Shown here: piece after piece, positions 36,196 to 48,134 of the stretch
How positions within the stretch are numbered: position 1 is the first letter of the stretch
Layout: each line of letters starts with the position of its first letter
DNA from: Eledone cirrhosa
Lineage: Eukaryota
DNA length: 64,000 nt
Assembly (NCBI GenBank): GCA_964016885.1
Contig: OZ024744.1
Span: 130,696,001 to 130,760,000 of the forward strand
Direction: 5' to 3'
Notes under the pieces: generated by a model
What the model saw: only the letters and a program-made list of their open reading frames with translations
Told to the model about the DNA's origin: nothing
Databases searched by the model: none
Made by a program: the position numbers and the translations under genes

Positions 36196-36370
36196 AACCC
36201 CAACTTAACTTAACCCCAACTTCACTCAACCCCAACGTAACTCAACCCCAACTTAACTTAACCCCAACTTCACTCAACCCCAACTTAACTTAACCCCAAC
36301 TTCACTCAACCCCAACTTCCAACTTGACTTAACCCCAACTTAACTTAGCCCCAACTTAACTTAAGCCCAA
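36196..36370 (-). repeat. Inverted satellite block 11, haplotype A
   Basis: Same sequence and junctions as block 1. Confidence 0.97.
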
Positions 36371-38932
36371 AGTCGGGGTTAAGTTAAGTTGGCGTTAAGT
36401 TAAGTTGGCGTTAAGTTAAGTTAGGCTTAACTTAAGTTGGGGTTCAGTTAAGTTGGGGGTAAGTTAAGTTGGGGTTCAGTTAAGTTAGGGTTAAGTTAAG
36501 TTGGGGTTGAGTAAAGTTGGGGTTAATTAAGTGGTGGTTATGTTAAGTTGGGGTTAAGTTAAGTTGGGGTTAATTTAAATTGGGGTTAAGTTAACTTTGT
36601 GGTTAAGTTAAGTTGGGGTTAAGTTAAGTTGGGGTAAAGTTGGGGTTGAGTTAAGTTGGGGTTGAGTGAAGTTGGGGTTAAGTTAAGTTGGGGTTAAGTT
36701 AAGTTGGGGTTAAGATAAGTCGGGGTTAAGTTAAGTTGTGGTTGCGTTAAGTTGGGGTTAATTTAAGTTGGGGCTAAGTTAATTTGTGGTTAAGTTAAGT
36801 TGGGGTTAAGTTAAGTTGGGGTTAAGTTAAGTTGGGGTTGAGTTAAGTTGGGGCTGAGTTAATTTGGGTTTAAGTTAAGTTGGGGTTAAGTTAAGTTGGG
36901 TTTAAGTTAAGTTGGGGTTAAATTAAGTTGGGGTTAAATTAAGTTGGGGTTAAGTTAAGTTGGGGGTAAGTTAAGTTGGGGGCAAGTTAAGTTGGGGTTA
37001 ATTTAAGTTGGGGTTAAATTAAGTTGGGGTTACGTTAAGTTGGTGTTAAGTTAAGTTGGGGTTAATTTAAGTTGGGGTTAATTAAGTTGGGGTTAAGTTA
37101 AGTTGGGGTTAAGTTAAGTTGGGGTTAATTTAAGTTGGGGTTGAGTTAAGTTGGGGTTAAGTTAAGTTGGGGTTATATTAAGTTGGGGTTAAGTTAAGTT
37201 GGGGTTCGGTTAAGTTGGGGTTAAGTTAAGTTGGGGTTAAGTTAAGTTGAGGTTAAGTTAAGTTGGGGTTAAGTTAAGTTGGTGTTAAGTTAAGTTGGGG
37301 CTAAGTTAAGTTGGGGCTGAGTTAAGTTGGGGCTGAGTTAAGTTGGGGCTAAGTTAAGTTGGGGTTGAGTTAAGTTGGGGTTAAGTTGGGGTTAAGTTAA
37401 GTTAGGTTTAAGTTAAGTTGGGGTTAAGTTAAGTTGGGGTTAAGTTAAGTTGGGGTTAAGTTAAGTTGGGGTTAAGTTAAGTTGGGGTTAAGTTAAGTTG
37501 GGGTTAAGTTAAGTTGGGGTTAAGTTAATTTGTGGTTAAGTTAAGTTGTGGTTAAGTTAAGTTGGGGTTAAGTTAAGTTGGGGTTAAGTTAAGTCGGGGT
37601 TAAGTTAAGTTGGGGTTAAGTTAAGTTGGGGTTAATTAAGTTGGGGTTAAGTTAAGTTGGGGTTAAGTTAAGTTGGGGTTAATTTAAGTTGGGGTTGAGT
37701 TAAGTTGGGGTTGAGTTAAATTGGGGTTGAGTTAAGTTGGGTTGAGTTAAGTTGGTGTTGAGTTAAGTTGGGGTTAAGTTAAGTTGGGGTTAAATTAAGT
37801 TGGGGTTAAATTAAGTTGGGGTTAAGTTAAGTTGGGGGTAAGTTAAGTTGGGGGCAAGTTAAGTTGGGGTTAATTTAAGTTGGGGTTAAATTAAGTTGGG
37901 GTTACGTTAAGTTGGTGCTAAGTTAAGTTGGGGTTAATTTAAGTTGGGGTTAATTAAGTTGGGGTTAAGTTAAGTTGGGGTTAAGTTAAGTTGGGGTTAA
38001 TTTAAGTTGGGGTTGAGTTAAGTTGGGGTTAAGTTAATTTGGGGTTATATTAAGTTGGGGTTAAGTTAAGTTGGGGTTCAGTTAAGTTGGGGTTAAGTTA
38101 AGTTGGGGTTAAGTTAAGTTGAGGTTAAGTTAAGTTGGGGTTAAGTTAAGTTGGTGTTAAGTTAAGTTGGGGCTAAGTTAAGTTGGGGCTGAGTTAAGTT
38201 GGGGCTGAGTTAAGTTGGGGCTAAATTAAGTTGGGGTTGAGTTAAGTTGGGGTTAAGTTGGGGTTAAGTTATGTTAGGTTTAAGTTAAGTTGGGGTTAAG
38301 TTAAGTTGGGGTTAAGTTAAGTTGGGGTTAAGTTAAGTTGGGGTTAAGTTAAGTTGGGGTTAAGTTAAGTTGGGGTTAAGTTAATTTGTGGTTAAGTTAA
38401 GTTGTGGTTAAGTTAAGTTGGGGTTAAGTTAAGTTGGGGTTAATTTAAGTTGGGGTTAAGTTAAGTTGGGGTTAAGTTAAGTTGGGGTTAAGTTAAGTTG
38501 GGGTTAAGTTAAGTTGGGGATAATTTTAGTTGGGGTTAAGTTAAGTTTGACTTTAAGTTAAGTTGGGGTTAAGTTAAGTTGGGGTTAAGTTAAGTTGGGG
38601 TTAAGTTAAGTTGGTTAGTTAAGTTGAGTTTAAGTTAAGTTGGGGTTAATTTAAGTTGGGGTTAAGTTAAGCTGGGGTTAAGTTAAGTTGGGGTTAAGTT
38701 AAGTTGGGGTTAATTTAAGTTGGGGTTAAGTTAAGTTGGGGTTAAGTTAAGTCGGGGTTAAGTTAAGTTGGGGTTAAGTTAAGTTGGGGTTAAGTTAAGT
38801 TGGGGTTAAGTTAAGTTGGTTAGTTAAGTTGAGTTTAAGTTAAGTTGGGGTTAATTTAAGTTGGGGTTAAGTTAAGTTGGGGTTAAGTTAAGTTGGGGTT
38901 AAGTTAAGTTGGGGTTAAGTTAAGTTGGGGTT

Positions 38933-39107
38933 AACCCCAACTTAACTTAACCCCAACTTCACTCAACCCCAACGTAACTCAACCCCAACTTAACTTAACC
39001 CCAACTTCACTCAACCCCAACTTAACTTAACCCCAACTTCACTCAACCCCAACTTCCAACTTGACTTAACCCCAACTTAACTTAGCCCCAACTTAACTTA
39101 AGCCCAA
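38933..39107 (-). repeat. Inverted satellite block 12, haplotype A (downstream flank truncated)
   Basis: Same block sequence; the flank jumps directly to the GGGGTAAAG marker at 39160. Confidence 0.97.
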
Positions 39108-42100
39108 AGTCGGGGTTAAGTTAAGTTGGCGTTAAGTTAAGTTGGGGTTAAGTTAAGTTGGGGTAAAGTTGGGGTTGAGTTAAGTTGGGGTTGAGTGAAG
39201 TTGGGGTTAAGTTAAGTTGGGGTTAAGTTAAGTTGGGGTTAAGATAAGTCGGGGTTAAGTTAAGTTGTGGTTGAGTTAAGTTGGGGTTAATTTAAGTTGG
39301 GGCTAAGTTAATTTGTGGTTAAGTTAAGTTGGGGTTAAGTTAAGTTGGGGTTAAGTTAAGTTGGGGTTGAGTTAAGTTGGGGCTGAGTTAATTTGGGTTT
39401 AAGTTAAGTTGGGGTTAAGTTAAGTTGGGTTTAAGTTAAGTTGGGGTTAAATTAAGTTGGGGTTAAATTAAGTTGGGGTTAAGTTAAGTTGGGGGTAAGT
39501 TAAGTTGGGGGAAAGTTAAGTTGGGGTTAATTTAAGTTGGGGTTAAATTAAGTTGGGGTTACGTTAAGTTGGTGTTAAGTTAAGTTGGGGTTAATTTAAG
39601 TTGGGGTTAATTAAGTTGGGGTTAAGTTAAGTTGGGGTTAAGTTAAGTTGGGGTTAATTTAAGTTGGGGTTGAGTTAAGTTGGGGTTAAGTTAAGCTGGG
39701 GTTATATTAAGTTCGGGTTAAGTTAAGTTGGGGTTCAGTTAAGTTGGGGTTAAGTTAAGTTGGGGTTAAGTTAAGTTGAGGTTAAGTTAAGTTGGGGTTA
39801 AGTTAAGTTGGTGTTAAGTTAAGTTGGGGCTAAGTTAAGTTGGGGCTGAGTTAAGTTGGGGCTGAGTTAAGTTGGGGCTAAGTTAAGTTGGGGTTGAGTT
39901 AAGTTGGGGTTAAGTTGGGGTTAAGTTAAGTTAGGTTTAAGTTAAGTTGGGGTTAAGTTAAGTTGGGGTTAAGTTAAGTTGGGGTTAAGTTAAGTTGGGG
40001 TTAAGTTAAGTTGGGGTTAAGTTAATTTGTGGTTAAGTTAAGTTGTGGTTAAGTTAAGTTGGGGTTAAGTTAAGTTGGGGTTAAGTTAAGTCGGGGTTAA
40101 GTTAAGTTGGGGTTAAGTTAAGTTGGGGTTAATTTAAGTTGGGGTTAAGTTAAGTTGGGGTTAAGTTAAGTTGGGGTTAAGTTAAGTCGGGGTTAAGTTA
40201 AGTTGGGGTTAAGTTAAGTTGGGGTTAATTTAAGTTGGGGTTAAGTTAAGTTGGGGTTAAGTTAAGTTGGGGTTAAGTTAAGTTGGGGTTAAGTTAAGTT
40301 GGGGATAATTTAAGTTGGGGTTTATTTAAGTTGGGGTTAAGTTAAGTTGGGGTTCAGTTAAGTTGGGGTTAAGTTAAGTTGGGGTTAAGATGGGGTTAAA
40401 TTAAGTTGGGGTTAAGTTAAGTTGGGGTTAAGTTAAGTTGGGGTTAAGTTAAGTTGGGGTTAAGTTAAGTCGGGGTTAAGTTAAGTCGGGGTTAAGTTAA
40501 GTTAGGGTTCAGTTAAGTTGGGGTTAAGTTAAGTTGGGGTTGAGTTAAGTCGGGGTTAAGTTAAGTTGTGGTTGAGTTAAGTTGGGGTTAATTTAAGTTG
40601 GGGCTAAGTTAATTTGTGGTTAAGTTAAGTTAGGGTTAAGTTAAGTTGGGGTTAAGGTAAGTTGGGGTTGAGTTAAGTTGGGGTTGAGTTAATTTGGGGT
40701 TAAGTTAAGTTGGGGTTAAGTTAAGTTGGGTTTAAGTTAAGTTGGGGTTAAATTAAGTTGGGGTTAAATTAAGTTGGGGTTAAGTTAAGTTGGGGGTAAG
40801 TTAAGTTGGGGGCAAGTTAATTTGGGGTTAATTTAAGTTGGGGTTAAATTAAGTTGTGGTTACGTTAAGTTGGTGTTAAGTTAAGTTGGGGTTAATTTAA
40901 GTTGGGGTTAATTAAGTTGGGGTTAAGTTAAGTTAGGGTTAAGTTAAGTTGGGGTTAATTTAAGTTGGGGTTGAGTTAAGTTGGGGTTAAGTTAAGTTGG
41001 GGTTATATTAAGTTGGGGTTAAGTTAAGTTGGGGTTCATTTAAGTTGGGGTTAAGTTAAGTTGGGGTTAAGTTAAGTTGGGGTTAAGTTAAGTTGGGGTT
41101 AAGTCAAGTTGGGGTTAAGTTAAGTTGGGGTTAAGTTAATTTGTGGTTAAGTTAAGTTGTGGTTAAGTTAAGTTGGGGTTAAGTTAAGTTGGGCTTAAGT
41201 TAAGTCGGGGTTAAGTTAAGTTGGGGTTAAGTTAAGTTGGGGTTAATTTAAGTTGGGGTTAAGTTAAGTTGGGGTTATGTTAAGTTGGGTTTAAGTTAAG
41301 TTGGGGTTAAGTTAAGTTGAGGTTAAGTTAAGTTGGGGTTAAATTAAGTTGGGGTTAAGTTAAGTTGGGGTTAAGTTAAGTTGGGGTTAAGTTAAGTTGG
41401 GGATAAGTTAAGTTGGGGATAATTTAAGTTGGGGTTAAGTTAAGTTGGGTTTAAGTTAAGTTGGGGTTAAGTTAAGTTGGGGTTAAGTTAAGTTGGGGTT
41501 AAGTTAAGTTGGGGTTAAGTTAAGTTGGGGCTAAGTTAAGTTGGGGCTGAGTTAAGTTGGGGTTAAGTTAAATTGGGGTTAAGTTAAGTTGGGGTTAAGT
41601 TAAGTTGGGGTAAAGTTAAGTTGGGGTTTATTTAAGTTGGGGTTAAGTTAAGTTGGGGTTCAGTTAAGTTGGGGTTCAGTTAAGTTGGGGTTAAGTTAAG
41701 TTGGGGTTAAGATGGGGTTAAATTAAGTTGGGGTTAAGTTAAGTTGGGGTTAAGTTAAGTTGGGGTTAAGCTAAGTTGGGGTTAAGTTAAGTCGGGGTTA
41801 AGTTAAGTCGGGGTTAAGTTAAGTTAGGGTTCAGTTAAGTTGGGGTTAAGTTAAGTTGGGGTTGAGTTAAGTTGGGGTTGAGTTAAGTTGGGGTTAAGTT
41901 AAGTTGGGGTTAATTTAAGTTGCAGTTAAGTTAAGTTGAGGTTAAGTTAAGGTGCGGTTAAGTTAAGTTGGGGTTAAGTTAAGTTGGGGCTAAGTTAAGT
42001 TGGGGCTAAGTTAAGTTGGGGCTAAGTTAAGTTTGGGTTAAGTTAAGTCGGGTTAAGTTAAGTTGGGGTTAAGTTAAGTTGGGGTTAATTTAAGTTGGGG

Positions 42101-42291
42101 TTAAGTTAAGTTGGGGTTAAGTTAAGTTGGGGTTAAGTTAAGTTGGGGTTGAGTTAAGTTGGGTTTAAGTTAAGTTGGGGTTAAGTTAAGTTGGTTAGTT
42201 AAGTTGAGTTTAAGTTAAGTTGGGGTTAATTTAAGTTGGGGTTAAGTTAAGTTGGGGTTAAGTTAAGTTGGGGTTAAGTTAAGTTGGGTTT

Positions 42292-42491
42292 AACCCCAAC
42301 TTAACTTAACCCCAACTTCACTCAACCCCAACGTAACTCAACCCCAACTTAACTTAACCCCAACTTCACTCAACCCCAACTTAACTTAACCCCAACTTCA
42401 CTCAACACCAACTTAAGTCAACCCCAACTTAACTTAACCCCAACTTGACTTAACCCCAACTTAAATTAGCCCCAACTTAACTTAAGCCCAA
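42292..42491 (-). repeat. Inverted satellite block 13, haplotype B
   Basis: Haplotype B markers, 200 bp. Confidence 0.97.
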
Positions 42492-45400
42492 AGTCGGGGT
42501 TAAGTTAAGTTGGCGTTATGTTAAGTCAGGCTTAACTTAAGTTGGGGTTCAGTTAAGTTGGGGGTAAGTTAAGTTGCGGGTAAGTTAAGTTGGGGTTAAG
42601 TTAAGTTGCGGTTAAGTTGGGGTTAAGTTAAGTTAGGGTTAAGTTAAGTTGGGGTTAATTAAGTGGTGGTTATGTTAAGTTGGGGTTAATTTAAATTGGG
42701 GTTAAGTTAACTTTGTGGTTAAGTTAAGTTGGGGTTAAGTTAAGTTGGGGTTAAGTTGGGGTTGAGTTAAGTTGGGGTTGAGTGAAGTTGGGGTTAAGTT
42801 AAGTTGGGGTAAAGTTAAGTTGGGGTTAAGTTAAGTCGGGGTTAAGTTAAGTTGTGGTTGAGTTAAGTTGGGGTTAATTTAAGTTGGGGCTAAGTTAATT
42901 TGTGGTTAAGTTAAGTTGGGGTTAAGTTAAGTTGGGGTTAAGTTAAGTTGGGGTTGAGTTAAGTTGGGGTTGAGTTAAGTTGGGGTTAAGTTAAGTTGGG
43001 GTCAAGTTAAGTTGGGGTTAAGTTGGGGTTAAGTTAAGTTAGGTTTAAGTTAAGTTGGGGTTAAGTTAAGTTGTGGTTAAGTTAAGTTGGGGTTAAGTTA
43101 AGTTGGGGTTAAGTTAAGTTGGGGTTAAGTTAATTTGTGGTTAAGTTAAGTTGGGGTTAAGATAAGTTGGGGTTAAGTTAAGTCGGGGTTAAGTTAAGTT
43201 GGGGTTAAGTTAAGTTGGGGTTAATTTAAGTTGGGGTTAAGTTAAGTTGGGGTTAAATTAAGTTGGGGTTAAGTTAAGTTGGGGTTAAGTTAAGTTGGTG
43301 TTAAGTTAAGTTGGGGCTAAGTTAAGTTGGGGCTGAGTGAAGTTGGGGCTGAGTTAAGTTGGGGCTAAGTTAAGTTGGGGTTGAGTTAAGTTGGGGTTAA
43401 GTTGGGGTTAAGTTAAGTTAGGTTTAAGTTAAGTTGGGGTTAAGTTAAGTTGGGGTTAAGTTAAGTTGGGGTTAAGTTAAGTTGGGGTTAAGTTAAGTTG
43501 GGGTTAAGTTAATTTGTGGTTAAGTTAAGTTGTGGTTAAGTTAAGTTGGGGTTAAGTTAAGTTGGGGTTAAGTTAAGTCGGGGTTAAATTAAGTTGGGGT
43601 TAAGTTAAGTTGGGGTTAATTTAAGTTGGGGTTAAGTTATGTTGGGGTTAAGTTAATTGGGGTTAAGTTAAGTTGGGGTTAAGTTAAGTTGAGGTTAAGT
43701 TAAGTTGGGGTTAAATTAAGTTGGGGTTAAGTTAAGTTGGGGTTAAGTTAAGTTGGGTTAAGTTAAGTTGGGGATAAGTTAAGTTGGGGATAATTTAAGT
43801 TGGGGTTAAGTTAAGTTGGGTTTAAGTTAAGTTGGGGTTAAGTTAAGTTGGGGCTAAGTTAAGTTGGGGCTAAGTTAAGTTGGGGTTAAGTTAAGTTGGG
43901 GTTAAGTTAAGTCGGGGTTAAGTTAAGTTGGGGTTAAGTTAAGTTGGGGTTAATTTAAGTTGGGGTTGAGTTAAGTTGGTGTTGAGTTAAGTTGGGGTTA
44001 AGTTAAGTTGGGGTTAAGTTAAGTTGCAGTTAAGTTAAGTTGAGGTTAAGTTAAGGTGCGGTTAAGTTAAGTTGGGGTTAAGTTAAGTTGGTGCTAAGTT
44101 AAGTTGGGGCTAAGTTACGTTGGGGTTAAGTTAAGTTGGGGTTAAGTTAAGTCGGGGTTAAGTTAAGTTGGGGTTAAGTTAAGTTGGGGTTAATTTAAGT
44201 TGGGGTTAAGTTAATTTGGGGTTAAGTTAAGTTGGGGTTAAGTTAAGTTGGGGTTAAGTTAAGTCGGGGTTAATTTAAGTCGGGGTTAAGTTAAGTTAGG
44301 GTTCAGTTAAGTTGGGGTTAAGTTAAGTTGGGGTTGAGTTAAGTTGGGGTTGAGTTAAATTGGGGTTGAGTTAAGTTGGGGTTGAGTTAAGTTGGTGTTG
44401 AGTTAAGTGGGGGTTAAGTTAAGTTGGGGTTAAGTTAAGTTGCAGTTAAGTTAAGTTGAGGTTAAGTTAAGGTGGGGTTAAGTTAAGTCGGGGTTAAGTT
44501 AAGTTGTGGTTGAGTTAAGTTGGGCTGAGTTAAGTTGGGGCTAAGTTAAGTTGGGGTTGAGTTAAGTTGGGGTTAAGTTGGGGTTAAGTTAAGTCGGGGT
44601 TAAGTTAAGTTGTGGTTGAGTTAAGTTGGGGTTAATTTAAGTTGGGGCTAAGTTAATTTGTGGTTAAGTTAAATTGGGGTTAAGTTAAGTTGGGGTTAAG
44701 TTAAGTTGGGGTTGAGTTAAGTTGGGGTTGAGTTAAGTTGGGGTTAAGTTGGGGTTAAGTTAAGTTAGGTTTAAGTTAAGTTGGGGTTAGGTTAAGTTGG
44801 GGTTAAGTTAAGTTGGGGTTAAGTTAAGTTGGGGTTAAGTTAAGTTGGGGTTAAGTTAATTTGTGGTTAAGTTAAGTTGGGGTTAAGTTAAGTTGGGGTT
44901 AAGTTAAGTCGGGGTTAAGTTAAGTTGGGGTTAAGTTAAGTTGGGGTTAATTTAAGTTGGGGTTAAGTTAAGTTGGGGTTAAATTAAGTTGGGGTTAAAT
45001 TAAGTTGGGGTTAAGTTAAGTTGGTGTTAAGTTAAGTTGGGGCTAAGTTAAGTTGGGGCTGAGTTAAGTTGGGGCTGAGTTAAGTTGGGGCTAAGTTAAG
45101 TTGGGGTTGAGTTAAGTTGGGGTTAAGTTGGGGTTAAGTTAAGTTAGGTTTAAGTTAAGTTGGGGTTAAGTTAAGTTGGGGTTAAGTTAAGTTGGGGTTA
45201 AGTTAAGTTGGGGTTAAGTTAAGTTGCGGTTAAGTTAAGTCGGGGTTAAATTAAGTTGGGGTTAAGTTAAGTTGGGGTTAATTTAAGTTGGGGTTAAGTT
45301 ATGTTGGGGTTAAGTTAATTGGGGTTAAGTTAAGTTGGGGTTAAGTTAAGTTGAGGTTAAGTTAAGTTGGGGTTAAATTAAGTTGGGGTTAAGTTAAGTT

Positions 45401-47959
45401 GGGGTTAAGTTAAGTTGGGTTAAGTTAAGTTGGGGATAAGTTAAGTTGGGGATAATTTAAGTTGGGGTTAAGTTAAGTTGGGTTTAAGTTAAGTTGGTGT
45501 TAAGTTAAGTTGGGGCTAAGTTAAGTTGGGGCTAAGTTAAGTTGGGGTTAAGTTAAGTTGGGGTTAAGTTAAGTCGGGGTTAAGTTAAGTTGGGGTTAAG
45601 TTAAGTTGGGGTTAATTTAAGTTGGGGTTGAGTTAAGTTGGTGTTGAGTTAAGTTGGGGTTAAGTTAAGTTGGGGTTAAGTTAAGTTGCAGTTAAGTTAA
45701 GTTGGGGTTAAGTTAATTTGGGGTTGAGTTAATTCGGGGTTAAGTTAAGTTGGGGTCAAGTTAAGTTGGGGTTAAGTTGGGGTTAAGTTAAGTTAGGTTT
45801 AAGTTAAGTTGGGGTTAAGTTAAGTTGGGGTTAAGTTAAGTTGGGGTTAAGTTAAGTTGGGGTTAAGTTAAGTTGGGGTTAAGTTAAGTCGGGGTTAAGT
45901 TAAGTTGGGGTTAAGTTAAGTTGGGGTTAAGTTAAGTTGGGGTTAAGTTAAGTTGGGGTTAAGTTAAGTTGGGGTTAAGTTAAGTTGAGGTTAAGTTAAG
46001 TTGGGGTTAAATTAAGTTGGGGTTAAGTTAAGTTGGGGTTAAGTTAAGTTGGGGTTAAGTTAAGTTGGGGATAAGTTAAGTTGGGGATAATTTAAGTTGG
46101 GGTTAAGTTAAGTTGGGTTTAAGTATAAGTTGGGGTTAAGTTAAGTTGGGGTTAATTTAAGTTGGGGTTAAGTTAAGTTGGGGTTAAGTTAAGTTGGGGT
46201 TAAGTTAAGTTGGGGTTAAGTTAAGTTGGGGTTAAGTTAAGTTGGGGTTAAGTTAAGTTGGGGTTAAGTTAAGTTGAGGTTAAGTTAAGTTGGGGTTAAA
46301 TTAAGTTGGGGTTAAGTTAAGTTGGGGTTAAGTTAAGTTGGGGTTAAGTTAAGTTGGGGATAAGTTAAGTTGGGGATAATTTAAGTTGGGGTTAAGTTAA
46401 GTTGGGTTTAAGTTAAGTTGGGGTTAAGTTAAGTTGGGGTTAATTTAAGTTGGGGTTAAGTTAAGTTGGGGCTAAGTTAAGTTGGGGCTGAGTTAAGTTG
46501 GGGTTAAGTTAAGTTGGGGTTAAGTTAAGTTGGGGTTAATTTAAGTTGGGGTTTATTTAAGTTGGGGTTAAGTTAAGTTGGGGTTCAGTTAAGTTGGGGT
46601 TAAGTTAAGTTGGTGTTAAGATGGGGTTAAATTAAGTTGGGGTTAAGTTAAGTTGGGGTTAAGTTAAGTTGGGGTTAAGTTAAGTTGGGGTTAAGTTAAG
46701 TCGGGGTTAAGTTAAGTCGGGGTTAAGTTAAGTTAGGGTTCAGTTAATTGGGGTTAAGTTAAGTTGGGGTTGAGTTAAGTTGGGGTTGAGTTAAATTGGG
46801 GTTGAGTTAAGTTGGGGTTGAGTTAAGTTGGTGTTGAGTTAAGTTGGGGTTAAGTTAAGTTGGGGTTAAATTAAGTTGGGGTTAAATTAAGTTGGGGTTA
46901 AGTTAAGTTGGGGGTAAGTTAAGTTTGGGGCAAGTTAAGTTGGGTTTAATTTAAGTTGGGGTTAAATTAAGTTGGGGTTACGTTAAGTTGGTGCTAAGTT
47001 AAGTTGGGGTTAATTTAAGTTGGGGTTAATTAAGTTGGGGTTAAGTTAAGTTGGGGTTAAGTTAAGTTGGGGTTAATTTAAGTTGGGGTTGAGTTAAGTT
47101 GGGGTTAAGTTAATTTGGGGTTATATTAAGTTGGGGTTAAGTTAAGTTGGGGTTCAGTTAAGTTGGGGTTAAGTTAAGTTGGGGTTAAGTTAGGTTGGTG
47201 TTAAGTTAAGTTGGGGCTAAGTTAAGTTGGGGCTGAGTTAAGTTGGGGCTGAGTTAAGTTGGGGCTAAATTAAGTTGGGGTTGAGTTAAGTTGGGGTTAA
47301 GTTGGGGTTAAGTTAAGTTAGGTTTAATTTAAGTTGGGGTTAAGTTAAGTTGGGGTTAAGTTAAGTTGGGGTTAAGTTAAGTTGGGGTTAAGTTAAGTTG
47401 GGGTTAAGTTAAGTTGGGGTTAAGTTAATTTGTGGTTAAGTTAAGTTGTGGTTAAGTTAAGTTGGGGTTAAGTTAAGTTGGGGTTAATTTAAGTTGGGGT
47501 TAAGTTAAGTTGGGGTTAAGTTAAGTTGGGGTTAAGTTAAGTTGGGGTTAAGTTAAGTTGGGGATAATTTAAGTTGGGGTTAAGTTAAGTTTGAGTTTAA
47601 GTTAAGTTGGGGTTAAGTTAAGTTGGGGTTAAGTTAAGTTGGGTTTAAGTTAAGTTGGTTAGTTAAGTTGAGTTTAAGTTAAGTTGTGGTTAATTTAAGT
47701 TGGGGTTAAGTTAAGCTGGGGTTAAGTTAAGTTGGGGTTAAGTTAAGTTGGGGTTAATTTAAGTTGGGGTTAAGTTAAGTTGGGGTTAAGTTAAGTCGGG
47801 GTTAAGTTAAGTTGGGGTTAAGTTAAGTTGGGGTTAAGTTAAGTTGGGGTTAAGTTAAGTTGGTTAGTTAAGTTGAGTTTAAGTTAAGTTGGGGTTAATT
47901 TAAGTTGGGTTAAGTTAAGTTGGGGTTAAGTTAAGTTGGGGTTAAGTTAAGTTGGGGTT

Positions 47960-48134
47960 AACCCCAACTTAACTTAACCCCAACTTCACTCAACCCCAAC
48001 GTAACTCAACCCCAACTTAACTTAACCCCAACTTCACTCAACCCCAACTTAACTTAACCCCAACTTCACTCAACCCCAACTTCCAACTTGACTTAACCCC
48101 AACTTAACTTAGCCCCAACTTAACTTAAGCCCAA
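47960..48134 (-). repeat. Inverted satellite block 14, haplotype A
   Basis: Same sequence and junctions as block 1; paralogous to block 11. Confidence 0.97.
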
